From positions 448,001 to 512,000 of the forward strand of contig CAWKKR010000008.1 of NCBI GenBank assembly GCA_963850305.1: DNA of 64,000 nucleotides, in the 5' to 3' direction. The notes below the pieces were generated by a model, which saw only the letters and a program-made list of their open reading frames with translations, ran no database searches and was not told the origin of the DNA. The position numbers and the translations under genes were made by a program. The first letter of the stretch is position 1, and each line of letters begins with the position of its first letter. Shown here piece by piece: positions 49,484 to 60,247 of this stretch. Source of the DNA: an uncultured delta proteobacterium (GTDB lineage Bacteria; Myxococcota_A; Polyangia; Polyangiales; Polyangiaceae).

Positions 49484-51766
49484 TTACTTTCCCGCCATCG
49501 CGATGTGCGTCGAGACTCCGCACTTCACGATCTGCACCACCCCATCGCCCTGCCAGGCGCCCAGCGCGGTGCCGAGTCGGATGAAGCGAGGACCGCACTT
49601 CGTCGTGATCGGTTCGTTGGTCCGACCGGCAAGGAGCCCGTAGATGTAGACGTTCGTGGCGACCGGCGAGTCCACATAGAGAAGCGCTTGCCCCTTTTTC
49701 AGGACGGCGAGGTCGGCGCTTTCCGAGAGTCGTGCGGCCAGGGGCGCCGGCGCGAGCGGGGCCACCGGTGCAGATGCGGGCACAGACGCGGACGGAGCTA
49801 CCGGTGCGGCGACGAGCGCGGGCAACGCTGCCGGTGCGGCCACGGGCCGGGGTGCGGGCGCAGAGGCGACGGGCGGAGGTGAGAGGGTCGTGGCGACGAG
49901 TTGTGACGTCGGCGCGGCGCCATCCGAATGCCGGGAAGGCAAGACCGTCGCAGCGACGGCACCCGCCGCCACGAACGCGGCGACTGCCCAGATGATGGGT
50001 GAAACCTTGCGCGTCGGGACGCGCAGCTCTTCGGGGGCGTCTGTCGTGCGCTTTTCCGGCGAGAATTCCTGATAAGTCTGCACGGGCGAGGGCAGCGGCT
50101 CGCCCGACTCGGGACGAAGCGTATCTGCGTAGCCAGGGTTCTCCCCCGACATCGACACGGATTCGACTACCTGAGTAGTCGCTCCCGCAGGGGCGGGCAT
50201 CTCGCGTGAGAGCGCTCGGCCGGACACGGATGCGACATCCGCGATGGGGATGCTCACTGCAGGAAGACTCACCGCCTCATCCATGAGATCGAACCCGAGC
50301 AACGCGGGCGTGATCTCGGACGCGTCGATGGCGGGTGCGGCGACGTCGTCTTCGGGAGGTTCGACGGGAGGGGGTGCCTCGGTGCGCAGCGCCTCTGCGA
50401 GTGAGGGAACCGGCGACGCCCGCGGCGGCTCGCCGCGACTTTCCATTGCGTTCATCTCAACCACGGCGTCACCGTCGATACTGAGCGGCTCCGACCCGAC
50501 GGGCTCCTCATCCGGAATCGTCTCGTTCAGAACGGATGCAAGCATCTCCTCGACGGACGACTGCGGCTCGCGCGGGCGGATCTCGACGTCCCCGGGAAGC
50601 GCGATGGCCGCGAGATTCGTGGCGGACGTGGCGCGCTGACTGGGTCTCGAGTCTCGAGGCGGGGCCTCCGAGCCCATTGTGGGCCGGAGCGAGGGAGCGC
50701 GCGGACATGCCTCCGCCCAATGCTCGAGATCGCCACCGACGATCTGGACGCCAAAGCCCGCGGGGACCGGCTCCTTGCGCGTCGTGCCGAACTCCCGGCG
50801 CCAGACGACTTTGCAGTCGAGCTGGACCTTCGCGTCACCGCCGGGCGGCGTCACCTCCACACCCACGGTATCGCCTGCGGGAACCACCAGCGTGCGCACG
50901 AACAATCCGAGCGAACTCACGTTGTACGAGTATCCGATGTCTTCGGCACCATTCGCGCCCCAGCGCAACTTGAGGATCGTCCCGTACAACGAGCGGGCGT
51001 CCGCGCGTCCGTCGGCGTCCTTTTGCTCGAGCAAGCGGTTCGTCTCGAAGAGCACGTCGTCGGGTGGGCCGTAAGCGCTCACGACCGCCACGCAATCGTT
51101 CATTCCAAACTTCGCGCGCAACTCGTCGAGTTGTTCGGGACGCGCCCGCACAATCCAGGCGCAACGGGCTCCCTTGCTGCGAACCTGCCCGATCAGCGCC
51201 GGCACGTCGTCGAGCGACGCATCGACGACCGCGACCTTCAGCGACGGTCGTCCGGCCTGAAGGCGCGTCGAGAAACCGTCGACCGCAACCTCGACGCGAA
51301 ACCCGGCGTCGCGAAGTACCCGTTCCACCACTTCGGCACGCGTGCGGTCCGCGTCGGCGACGACTGCATCGCCTCGCGAGTTCCCAGGCTGCGGTATGCT
51401 CGGCTTCGGCAAGGCGCGCAAGCGTGCCGCCAGCCACTCCGTATGCTGCACGGGAAGCACTTCGTCGGCTCCCGCGCGGTAAGCTCGCGCGAAGGCCCCA
51501 TCCTCCTCACCCTCCACGAGGGCGACGACGGGGACGCGCACGCGCAGGAGTTTTCCTCGCGCACGCATGCACGCGAGCGCCGCACCGGGTGTCCCGAGAT
51601 GCACGACGAACGCATCGAAGCGTTTGCCCGTGAGCTTGCTGATCGCCGTCTCGGCGGATGACTCCACGAGGCCAACGAATCCAGCGGCGGAGCACGCCGC
51701 TTCGAGCCGCGCGCGCTCGTCGTCGTCCACCTCTGCGAGAATCAGAACGGTGGCCTGCTGGGCCAT
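49484..51766 (-). CDS. Tandem degenerate receiver + PilZ + linker + TM signalling protein
   Basis: Receiver-like folds (RAGADEVL; VVADAD..VVDA), PilZ RADAR..NVSSLGLFV..CKVVWRR, TM IIWAVAAFVAAGAVA. Confidence 0.75.
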   Translation of the reverse strand: MAQQATVLILAEVDDDERARLEAACSAAGFVGLVESSAETAISKLTGKRFDAFVVHLGTPGAALACMRARGKLLRVRVPVVALVEGEEDGAFARAYRAGADEVLPVQHTEWLAARLRALPKPSIPQPGNSRGDAVVADADRTRAEVVERVLRDAGFRVEVAVDGFSTRLQAGRPSLKVAVVDASLDDVPALIGQVRSKGARCAWIVRARPEQLDELRAKFGMNDCVAVVSAYGPPDDVLFETNRLLEQKDADGRADARSLYGTILKLRWGANGAEDIGYSYNVSSLGLFVRTLVVPAGDTVGVEVTPPGGDAKVQLDCKVVWRREFGTTRKEPVPAGFGVQIVGGDLEHWAEACPRAPSLRPTMGSEAPPRDSRPSQRATSATNLAAIALPGDVEIRPREPQSSVEEMLASVLNETIPDEEPVGSEPLSIDGDAVVEMNAMESRGEPPRASPVPSLAEALRTEAPPPVEPPEDDVAAPAIDASEITPALLGFDLMDEAVSLPAVSIPIADVASVSGRALSREMPAPAGATTQVVESVSMSGENPGYADTLRPESGEPLPSPVQTYQEFSPEKRTTDAPEELRVPTRKVSPIIWAVAAFVAAGAVAATVLPSRHSDGAAPTSQLVATTLSPPPVASAPAPRPVAAPAALPALVAAPVAPSASVPASAPVAPLAPAPLAARLSESADLAVLKKGQALLYVDSPVATNVYIYGLLAGRTNEPITTKCGPRFIRLGTALGAWQGDGVVQIVKCGVSTHIAMAGK

Positions 51767-51878
51767 CACGCCGACGCTAGCGCGCTTTTTGCCCTCGTGG
51801 GCCAGGATCGTCTCCCCAGCGCTTCTCGAACGGCCGGGCAGCCCCCCGGGCGTGAGCGAATCTCGCCGGGCCTCGGGC

Positions 51879-51920
51879 CTCAGTGCTCAGTGCTCAGGAC
51901 TCAGTACTCAGTACTCAGTA
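51879..51920. repeat. Heptamer tandem repeat, 6 x CTCAG(TG/GA/TA)
   Basis: ctcagtg ctcagtg ctcagga ctcagta ctcagta ctcagta; last copy overlaps the LysM stop. Confidence 0.85.
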
Positions 51921-53333
51921 CCCCTTGCGCGCGATGGCGCGGTCGCCCGGTTCAATCTCGACTTTGGACGCCGTCACCAGAGTCACAGAGCTGTATTCGT
52001 CAGCACGGAGGACGCGGAGTTCACCGGTAACCTCTTCGGGGAAATCCTTGGCCTTCCCGACGAGCGGAGTCACGACCGTCTTGACGTGCTCGGGCACGTC
52101 GGTGCGCACCTGCGTGCGCGCCATGATGGTCGTCGTCTCCAGGGTGCGGCGCCAGCTGTCTCCTCGCCGAACTAGCTGCAGGCGATTCCCGGCCACGAGC
52201 CCGTCCCTCGCGCCTCGATCGATGAACGCGATCTGGTTTTGCCCGAGGATCTCGTGCGGATAGATGCTCGTCAGCACGCGCGCCTCGACGTCCACGTCGT
52301 CGCGGCGTGGAGCGATCACGTCGAAACGACGTCCAACGGGTCCCACCTTGTCGCCGCGCTCCACGACGTCGAGCGACTCGATCAATCGTCCGCGCGCGAT
52401 GCGCGTCTTCGGATTCCAATCGTCGATCTTGACCGTCCCCTTGAACGCGATGATGTCGCCGGGCGGACGGCGCGCCCCCGGGATCTCTGCCGGTGTTCGC
52501 ACGGAGTGAAATACCGTGAGAAGCTCGCCGAGCCGGAGATCCGCTCCCGGCCGCATGATCATGTAGACGTTGTTGCCCTGCGTGAGGAGCATCTGCTCCT
52601 CTTCGGCGCCGACGAGCTCCCCCCAGACGTCCTTGTTCGGATCATCGATGTAGCCGACATCGCGCAAGAACACGGTGTCCGACGAGACGAGCGGTCGGCG
52701 ATTGAGGAAGCCCCCCGCTCGAGGACGCGCCCCCGACCCGGCACCGGGGGAGGCGCCGATGACAATTGAATCGCGCGGCGCCTCGCTGGTTGCATCCATC
52801 CGAAGCCGCACCTGGTCGCCTGGATAGATCCAGTGAGGGTTCTGAATCTGGGGGTTATAGCTCCAGATCGTCGGCCACAGCCAAGGGTTCTGGAAATAGC
52901 CGTTGCAGAGATCCCAGAGCGTATCGCCACGCTGTACTTGGTGCGTGCTCGGAACGCCGGAGCCGTTCTTCTTCAGGATCGCGGGACCGTTGTCGGTGCC
53001 GTGGACGGTCCCGCCCTCGCCGGCGGATGGCAGCAGATCGAACCCGTCCGACGAGGACGATGCGTCCGTCGTGGCGCGAGAGTCCGACGGCAAATGCGAG
53101 TCGGGGTTGAAGCCCGGCGAGGGCAGCCCGAAGACGCTGTACGTGGTCGTCTGCGTCGGTCCGGTGGCGTTCGTGGGACCCTGACCGCTCGGTCCCCCCG
53201 CGCCATCTCCGGACGGCGCTGCCGGCCCGGGTGACGACGCGCCCTGGTCGCCGATCGTTTGCGCAGACGCCGCAGCCGTCAGCAGCGTCGCGCCGAGCGC
53301 GAGCAAAAGCGTACCCTTCCCACGAACGGTCAT
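51915..53333 (-). CDS. LysM peptidoglycan-binding domain protein
   Basis: HQVQRGDTLWDL..NPWLWPTIWSYNPQIQNPHWIYPGD; C-terminal IDRGARDGL..G. Confidence 0.9.
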   Translation of the reverse strand: MTVRGKGTLLLALGATLLTAAASAQTIGDQGASSPGPAAPSGDGAGGPSGQGPTNATGPTQTTTYSVFGLPSPGFNPDSHLPSDSRATTDASSSSDGFDLLPSAGEGGTVHGTDNGPAILKKNGSGVPSTHQVQRGDTLWDLCNGYFQNPWLWPTIWSYNPQIQNPHWIYPGDQVRLRMDATSEAPRDSIVIGASPGAGSGARPRAGGFLNRRPLVSSDTVFLRDVGYIDDPNKDVWGELVGAEEEQMLLTQGNNVYMIMRPGADLRLGELLTVFHSVRTPAEIPGARRPPGDIIAFKGTVKIDDWNPKTRIARGRLIESLDVVERGDKVGPVGRRFDVIAPRRDDVDVEARVLTSIYPHEILGQNQIAFIDRGARDGLVAGNRLQLVRRGDSWRRTLETTTIMARTQVRTDVPEHVKTVVTPLVGKAKDFPEEVTGELRVLRADEYSSVTLVTASKVEIEPGDRAIARKGY

Positions 53334-53335
53334 GC

Positions 53336-53803
53336 TCAGGACCCGTGTGATTCCTTATCGAGATCGGCCACAGGAGTGGTCGGACCGTCGCGGAGCGTTG
53401 ATTCCCCGTCGGTGTCACCAACCTTGATCACTCGGTCCCCTGTACCCCGGATAACGGGTCGGGGCGCGGTCGAATCCGGCGAATTCGCCGGAGCCGGGTC
53501 TGCGGGGGCGGTCGAATCCTGCTGTTCGTCCGGCTGGAGGTGAATCACCTTCAGCCGGGGGCGCTCCACCCGATCCGCGTTCGAAGCAGCCGTCGGTTCG
53601 TGGGCCACCGAGGCGCCGAGCTCCAGCGCGGCGACGCGCTCTTCCATTCGATCCTGATCGCCGCGGAGCGTCGTGAGCTCCATCTGCAAACCCGACACTT
53701 CCTTTTTGAGGCGATCGCTTCCGCCACAACCGACGAGCGCCAAAGAGGCGAGCAGAGTCGCGGCGATGACCCCGGATCTGGCGAAAATGAGGGTTTGGTC
53801 CAT
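53336..53803 (-). CDS. Coiled-coil lipoprotein (CpoB/YbgF N-terminal-like, no TPR)
   Basis: Lipobox LVGC, coiled coil LKKEVSGLQMELTTLRGDQDRMEERVAALE. Confidence 0.65.
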   Translation of the reverse strand: MDQTLIFARSGVIAATLLASLALVGCGGSDRLKKEVSGLQMELTTLRGDQDRMEERVAALELGASVAHEPTAASNADRVERPRLKVIHLQPDEQQDSTAPADPAPANSPDSTAPRPVIRGTGDRVIKVGDTDGESTLRDGPTTPVADLDKESHGS

Positions 53804-53918
53804 CTCGCGCACATCGTACGGCGCGGAGAGGCTAGGGGCCAAATTGTGGTGACCCCGGCTGGTGCGCATTTGTCCGCAAGTGGACGGAACGGGCCTTCGT
53901 CGCTACGCTTGGGCTGAA

Positions 53919-54761
53919 GTGACGCGAGAACCGAGGCGCCGCAGGGGCAGGGCTCAGATCCGTCGGGTGGACCTGCGGAAGATGCTGTTCGTCCTTCCGA
54001 ACCTCATCACACTCGCGAGTGTTTTTTGCGGATTCAATGCGGTCTGCGTGGTGGCGCAGGACAACCCCTCGGTCGACGACTTCTACCGCGCCGCCGTCCT
54101 CCTTCTATGTGCGATGCTATTCGACTTGATGGACGGCAGGGTGGCCCGCATGACGCGCACGCAGAGCGCCTTCGGTCTGCAGCTCGATTCGCTCGCCGAC
54201 ATCATCTCGTTCGGCGTCGCGCCTGCGGTGCTCGTCTATAAGTGGGTGCTCCACCGGTACCCAGTTCCTGGCATCCTGACGGCGTTCTTGTTCACCGCGT
54301 GCGGTGCCATGCGGCTCGCGCGCTTCAACGTCCTCGCCAGCACGGACAGCGGAGCCCAGGCGAAGCCGGGGAAATATCTCGTCGGGCTTCCGATCCCGCC
54401 GGCGTCCGGAATCCTGATATCGCTTCTGGTCGCAAACCACGCCGTGGGCGGCGCCCTCGGCGCCCAGCGTTACACGTTGGCGCTATTCGCCGTCACCGTG
54501 GCGCTATCGCTCCTGATGGTCTCGAACATCAAGTTCCGTTCTTTCAAGGATCTCGAGTTCAATTTCGGGACGGCCTTCCTGGTCCTGTTCGCCATCGCGT
54601 CGAGCGCCATCGTGTGGCAGCTCACGCGTCCGCCGTTCGTGCTCCTCTGGCTCATCACCTTCTATGTGTCGATCGGCCTGATCGACGCCGTACGAAGCCT
54701 CGCGGCGCGGGCACGGGGTGTGGAACGGCGGAGCATCCACGATCACATCGCGGGGAGCTGA
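53919..54761 (+). CDS. pssA: CDP-diacylglycerol--serine O-phosphatidyltransferase
   Basis: LPNLIT, DLMDGRVAR..FGLQLDSLADIISFGVAP, RLARFN, GLPIP. Confidence 0.92.
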   Translation: MTREPRRRRGRAQIRRVDLRKMLFVLPNLITLASVFCGFNAVCVVAQDNPSVDDFYRAAVLLLCAMLFDLMDGRVARMTRTQSAFGLQLDSLADIISFGVAPAVLVYKWVLHRYPVPGILTAFLFTACGAMRLARFNVLASTDSGAQAKPGKYLVGLPIPPASGILISLLVANHAVGGALGAQRYTLALFAVTVALSLLMVSNIKFRSFKDLEFNFGTAFLVLFAIASSAIVWQLTRPPFVLLWLITFYVSIGLIDAVRSLAARARGVERRSIHDHIAGS

Positions 54762-54792
54762 TGCGGCCGGACGTGCTAGACGTCCCCGGAAC

Positions 54793-56763
54793 GTGTCGCT
54801 CCTCGAAGTAGGCAACCTCCGCTTCGGCTACGCCGGCGACGCCCTGTTCGACGGGGTGACGTTTCGACTGAACGCGGGCGAGCGCGCCGGTCTCGTCGCA
54901 CCCAACGGGGCTGGGAAGAGCACCCTCCTCCGCCTCATCGCGGGTGAGCTCTCGCCGGACCGCGGGATGGTGACGATAGAGAAGAATCGAGCGTTCGGCT
55001 TTTACCGGCAGAGCCACGAAGTCGGGCATTCGGGCACCGTCCTGGACGTGCTCCTTTCGGGCTTCACGGAGGCCGTCGCGCTCCGACGCGAGCTCCAGGA
55101 AGCGGAAGCCGCGGCCAGCAGCGGCGCGAAAGCGGATCTCGACCGGCTCGCATCCGTCATCAATCGGCATCAGGCGCTCGGAGCCGACGCGCTCGAACAC
55201 CGTGTCGCGTCCATCGCGTCGCAGCTCGGGTTCCCCGACGCGTCCCTCCATCGCCCGGTAGCGAGCCTTTCAGGGGGCGAGCGGGGGCGTCTGGCGCTCG
55301 GAGCGGTCCTCGCGCGGGAGCCGGACCTGTTGCTCCTGGACGAACCGACCAACCATCTCGATCTGGGCACGATCGACTGGCTTGCAACTGTCGTACGAGG
55401 GATGAAGGCGGCCGTGCTGGTCGTCTCGCACGATCGCGCTTTTCTGGACGCCGTGTGTCCGATGACGCTCGAGCTCGGCCGGACACGCTTTCGCGCCTAT
55501 CCGGTCTCGTTCACGGAGTACCAGCGAGCTCGCGCGGAAGATCTGGCGCGAGAAGCCAGGTCCGCAGAAGAACAAGCTGCGTTCGTCGAGAAGACCGAGG
55601 ACTTCATCCGCCGAAACATCGCCGGCCAGAAGACGAAGCAGGCGCAATCGCGAAGGCGCATGCTCGAAAAGCTCGACCGCGTGAAGGGCCCGGAAGACGT
55701 GTGGGCACGAGCGGGTCGTGTCCGGTTTCGGTTCGCCGAAGCGCCGCGTAGCGGCGACATCGTCATCGAGGCAAAGGGGCTCTCCGCGACGCGAGGTGGC
55801 CGTGAGCTTTTCCGGAGCGTGGACCTCCTCGTGCGACGCGGGGCGAAGATCGGCATCGTCGGGCCGAATGGTTCCGGCAAGACAACCCTCCTGAGGCGAC
55901 TCGCGGCCAGCGCCGAAAGTGAGGACGAGGGGACGGTCCGTCGCGGAACCAATCTCCGCGAAGGCTATTTCGATCAACACCTGGGCTCCCTCGATCCCAA
56001 GCTCTCGGCGATCGACGAGATCCGCCGGGTTCGCGGCGACATGACGGTCGAGGCCGTCCGCGAGTACCTCGCGCGCTTCCGCTTCCATGGCGATGACCCG
56101 TTCCGGAGCGTGGCGAGCCTTTCGGGGGGTGAGCAAAGCCGCCTGGCGCTCGCGAAGCTCCTGCTCGAGCCTCGGAATGTACTATTTTTGGACGAACCGA
56201 CGAACCATCTCGACATCTTCGCGGCCGAAATCCTAGAAGAAGCCATCTCCGATTTCGAAGGCGCTGTAGTGCTCGTCTCTCACGACCGGCGTTTCCTGGA
56301 AAACGTGACCACACGCATGGTCGCTTTCACGGCCGCCGGCGTGGAGACGTTCGAGGCCGGCTTCTCCGATTACGAGGCGACGCTCCGTCGCGGAGCGTCG
56401 AAGCGGACCGCCCCGCCGACCGCCGCGGCGCCTAGAACGAACCTCGCCCCGGCGAAGCCGACGGCCAGCGGGGAGCGGGGAGCCGACCGGCACAAGGCGC
56501 GGCAAACCGCTCTGCGCGATCTCGAGAGGAAGCGACGCCTGACGGAAAAGCTGGAAAGTGACATCCAGACCGGCGAGGCACGGCTCCGGGAACTCCGCGA
56601 GCAACTGAAGACCTCTCCCGGGTCCGCCTGGGAAAAGCTCCACGAATTGTCCCGCGAAGAGCAGGCGCTCGCGAAGCGGATCGACGGGCTGGTGAAGGAC
56701 TGGGAACGCATCTCGGAAGAGCTCGCGTCCGTCGAGCCCCAAGCCACCGAGGCTGGCTCGTGA
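54793..56763 (+). CDS. ABC-F family ATPase (Uup/YheS-like)
   Basis: Two ABC cassettes (PNGAGKST/GPNGSGKT, LSGGE, LDEPTNHLD, VSHDR), C-terminal coiled coil, no TM. Confidence 0.93.
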   Translation: MSLLEVGNLRFGYAGDALFDGVTFRLNAGERAGLVAPNGAGKSTLLRLIAGELSPDRGMVTIEKNRAFGFYRQSHEVGHSGTVLDVLLSGFTEAVALRRELQEAEAAASSGAKADLDRLASVINRHQALGADALEHRVASIASQLGFPDASLHRPVASLSGGERGRLALGAVLAREPDLLLLDEPTNHLDLGTIDWLATVVRGMKAAVLVVSHDRAFLDAVCPMTLELGRTRFRAYPVSFTEYQRARAEDLAREARSAEEQAAFVEKTEDFIRRNIAGQKTKQAQSRRRMLEKLDRVKGPEDVWARAGRVRFRFAEAPRSGDIVIEAKGLSATRGGRELFRSVDLLVRRGAKIGIVGPNGSGKTTLLRRLAASAESEDEGTVRRGTNLREGYFDQHLGSLDPKLSAIDEIRRVRGDMTVEAVREYLARFRFHGDDPFRSVASLSGGEQSRLALAKLLLEPRNVLFLDEPTNHLDIFAAEILEEAISDFEGAVVLVSHDRRFLENVTTRMVAFTAAGVETFEAGFSDYEATLRRGASKRTAPPTAAAPRTNLAPAKPTASGERGADRHKARQTALRDLERKRRLTEKLESDIQTGEARLRELREQLKTSPGSAWEKLHELSREEQALAKRIDGLVKDWERISEELASVEPQATEAGS

Positions 56764-57503
56764 AGGTCGGTCGCACATGGCTCGTGGGGTCGCTGTTCGT
56801 GCTTGCGACGCAGACGTCGTGTCACCGGAGAATCACGGGCGGAAAACAGGCGTCCGCCGCTGGCTCTTCCGGGGAGCCGGCGCTTCCGCCCCTGGTATTC
56901 AAGGACGACACGCCGAATGCCCTCCTCACCTGGATCGATCCGCAGGGTGACTTTCACGTGGTCGAGCACGCTGCGGATGTCCCGGAGGCCTCGCGAGAGG
57001 CCGTGCGCGTCGTGCTGGCGGATCGCTCGGATGGCACCGGTGAAACCATTTATGTCGCGGACCTGCGCGCGAAACAGACGGACGGGTCGTACTCCGTGCG
57101 GCCGATGTCCCGGGCCGCATGGGACGAGCTCGGGGCGAGCAAACGCAAGGCGCGCCTCGAGGCCCTGGCCCCGAAGGCGACGCCTCCCGCCGCAAGCGGC
57201 ATCCCCGCGCCGAGTTCTTCCTCGGGCCTAAAGCGCGAGGTGACCGCGACCATCTACGGCGCTTCCTGGTGCGGCCCGTGTCACCAGGCGGAGGCGTTCC
57301 TGAAGTCACTCGGGGTCAAGGTGACCAAGAAGGACATCGAGGCGAGCGACGACAACGAGCGCGAAATGCAGGAGGTCCTGCGCCGCGCTCACCGGCGCGG
57401 CGGCTCGATCCCGGTCATCGACATCATGGGGCAGATCTTCGTGGGCTTCAGCGACTCGGCGCTCCGCGCGGCCGTCGAGCAGGCGCGTACCGCGACGCTA
57501 TAG
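56760..57503 (+). CDS. Exported glutaredoxin-domain protein
   Basis: Signal/lipobox; IYGASWCGPC, SIPVID..VGFS. Confidence 0.85.
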   Translation: MKVGRTWLVGSLFVLATQTSCHRRITGGKQASAAGSSGEPALPPLVFKDDTPNALLTWIDPQGDFHVVEHAADVPEASREAVRVVLADRSDGTGETIYVADLRAKQTDGSYSVRPMSRAAWDELGASKRKARLEALAPKATPPAASGIPAPSSSSGLKREVTATIYGASWCGPCHQAEAFLKSLGVKVTKKDIEASDDNEREMQEVLRRAHRRGGSIPVIDIMGQIFVGFSDSALRAAVEQARTATL

Positions 57504-58877
57504 CTCTTTTTGCCACGCCTCGGCGACGGCGCGTGCCACCGCGGCATGCATTCCGAGGTCGAACATGTCCGGCAGGAGCTCGCCGGGTTTCGCCGCGCTT
57601 GCGACGGCATTGGCGGCAGCGAGTCGCATCGACGTCGTGAAGCGGGTTGCCCGGGCATCGAGCGCGCCGCGGAAGAGCCCCGGATACGCGAGGGCGTTGT
57701 TCATCGAGCGGCCGTCGAGCGCGATGGCCGCGCCCGCTTCGTGCGCCTCCTCGACAGTGATCTCCGAGACGGGATTCGCGAGCGCGAAGACGATCGGATC
57801 CCTTGCCATCGACCGGACCATTTCCTTCGATACCTGATTCGCCGAGGACACGCCGACGAAGAGATCCCGCCCCCTCATGACCTCCGCCAACCCGCCTCTG
57901 AGGTTGTCGCGATTCGTCAGTTCCGCCATCTCGCGCTTCACGTCGGTCATGTGCTCGGTACGGCCTCGGTGAACCGCACCCGCGCGATCGACGAGCACCA
58001 CGTCCGAGACCCCGTATCCGACGAGCGTCCGCGCGATCGCGATACCACTTGCACCGCAACCCAGAATGATCGCCCGTGTCTCCTCGGGTTTCCGCCCGAC
58101 CCTGCGGAGCGAGTTGATGAGCCCCGCGAGCACGACCGTCGCCGTACCCCACTGGTCGTCGTGGAGCACCGGCTTCCCGAGCCGCGCCTGGAGTTTCTGC
58201 TCGACCTCGAAGCACACCGGAGCGGCGATGTCCTCGAGTTGGATCGCACCGAAGCTCAGATGAATCCGCTCGACGACGTCGATGAGCGTCGCTGGATCCT
58301 TGGCATCGATGAGCACCGGTTCCGCACTCAGCTGCGCGAATCTGCGGAAGATGGCGGCTTTGCCTTCCATCACGGGCAGTCCCGCGAGCGGTCCGATGTC
58401 ACCGAGCCCGAGAATCGCCGTACCGTTCGTCACGATGGCCACCTTGTTGCCGATATGCGTGTAGTCGTACGCGCGTTTCGGCGACGCATGGATGAGCTCG
58501 CAGGCAACCGCGACGCCGGGCGTGTACACGCGCCGCAAGTCCGCGATGCTCTCGAGCGGAACCCGAAGCTGCGTCTCCACCACGCCGCCTTTCCGGATCT
58601 CGAGCACGTCGTGCAACACGTCGAGGAGTTCCACACCGTCCAGAGTGCGGACGCGTCCAGATAGCGCCTCGATCTCCGCGTCGCCCCGAAAGTAGAGCGT
58701 GATGTCGCGGACGCTCCCCGCCCCCGGCTCGACGCGTACCGCCCGGACGTCGCCCACGGGCGCGCCGGCTTCGGCCGCGATCGCGAGGATATTCACGAGC
58801 GATCCGGACCCCTCGCCCGCGCGCACCCGGAAGGTACGGGCTTGAAAGCCTGGATACATTTCGCCTGAAGTCGACAT
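57498..58877 (-). CDS. NAD(P)-dependent malic enzyme with N-terminal ACT-like domain
   Basis: [56 protein letters not shown]. Confidence 0.92.
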   Translation of the reverse strand: MSTSGEMYPGFQARTFRVRAGEGSGSLVNILAIAAEAGAPVGDVRAVRVEPGAGSVRDITLYFRGDAEIEALSGRVRTLDGVELLDVLHDVLEIRKGGVVETQLRVPLESIADLRRVYTPGVAVACELIHASPKRAYDYTHIGNKVAIVTNGTAILGLGDIGPLAGLPVMEGKAAIFRRFAQLSAEPVLIDAKDPATLIDVVERIHLSFGAIQLEDIAAPVCFEVEQKLQARLGKPVLHDDQWGTATVVLAGLINSLRRVGRKPEETRAIILGCGASGIAIARTLVGYGVSDVVLVDRAGAVHRGRTEHMTDVKREMAELTNRDNLRGGLAEVMRGRDLFVGVSSANQVSKEMVRSMARDPIVFALANPVSEITVEEAHEAGAAIALDGRSMNNALAYPGLFRGALDARATRFTTSMRLAAANAVASAAKPGELLPDMFDLGMHAAVARAVAEAWQKEL

Positions 58878-58916
58878 GATCGCGGAGTTTATCCCTTTAT
58901 TTGCGTTCGCACTACC

Positions 58917-60247
58917 ATGGGACCCGTGCGGGAGTACAACTTCGACGGCCTCGTTGGACTCACGCACAACTACGCGGGGCTCAGTCGAGGCAACCTCGCG
59001 AGCGAGCGCCACCAAGGCCGCATCGCGAACCCGAGGGCTGCGGCGCTTCAGGGTCTTTCGAAGGCTCGCCTGTTGTGGCGACTCGGCGTGGGACAAGCCG
59101 TGTTGCCTCCCGCGGCGCGTCCCGACATCGACGCGCTGCGGCGCCTGGGCCACGCGGGGACGGACGCGCAGGTACTCGAACGCGCCGCGCGCGGCGACGG
59201 GCATCTGCTCCGACTCGCGAGCAGCGCTTCGTCGATGTGGACCGCCAACGCCGCGACCGTGGCCCCTTCCCAGGACACCGAGGACGGGCGCCTGCATTTC
59301 ACGATCGCCAACCTGTCGTCGATGTTCCACAGAAGCCTGGAAGCCCCGCACACGCTAGCGACGTTCCGCGCGGTCTTCGCCGACCAACGGCGCTTCGCGG
59401 TTCACGAATCGCTCCCCGCCGGCGCGCACTTTGCCGACGAGGGCGCCGCTAATCACTCGCGGCTCGCAACGGATGCGGGAGTCGTACACCTGTTCGCGTG
59501 GGGTCGCTCGGGGTTCGATCCGAACCCGGACCGGAGCTTCTTTCCACGACGACAGACGCGCGAAGCGAGCGCCGCGGTGGCGCGCCGCAACGCGCTTCCG
59601 GAAGCCATGGTGCTCGCCTGGCAACAGGACGGTTACGGGATCGATCAGGGCGCGTTCCACACCGATGTGCTCGCCGTCGCGAACGAGGGCTTTCTCATGC
59701 TCCACGAGCATGCGTTCGCGCATCATCGCGACTTCATCGCCGAGCTCAGGAGGCGACTCGGGGAGTCGCTTCACGTCGTCCTCGCGCAGGAGTCGGAACT
59801 CCCGGCGCGCGAGGCCGTCGGGAGCTACCCTTTCAATTCGCAGATCGTCACCTTGCCGGGCGGCAAGATGGCGATCATCGCGCCCATCGAGGCGTTCGAA
59901 AACACCGACGCTCGCGCCTTTCTCGAACGCGTCGTCGCCGACGACAACCCCGTCGAGACCATCCACTACGTCGACGTGAACGCTTCCATGAACAACGGCG
60001 GCGGCCCGGCATGTTTGCGCCTCCGGGTCGCCATGAGCGACGAGGAGCGCGCGGCGGTGCGGGCGAACGTCTTTTTCGACGAATCGCTCGGGGATCGGCT
60101 CGCCGCATGGATCGAAAAGCACTACCGAGATCGAATGGCGGCGGAAGATCTTGCCGACCCGAAGCTCCTCGTCGAGGTCCGCAGCGCCCTCGACGAGCTC
60201 ACGGGGGTCCTCCGCTTGGGTTCGATTTACGATTTCAGAAACCCTGA
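58917..60247 (+). CDS. astB: N-succinylarginine dihydrolase (natural stop hidden by a probable 1-bp deletion near 60235)
   Basis: EYNFDGLVGLTHNYAGLSRGNLAS, SASSMWTANAATV, DEGAANHSR, SMNNGGGPACLRLRV, LGSIYDF; +1 base gives YDFQKP*. Confidence 0.9.
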
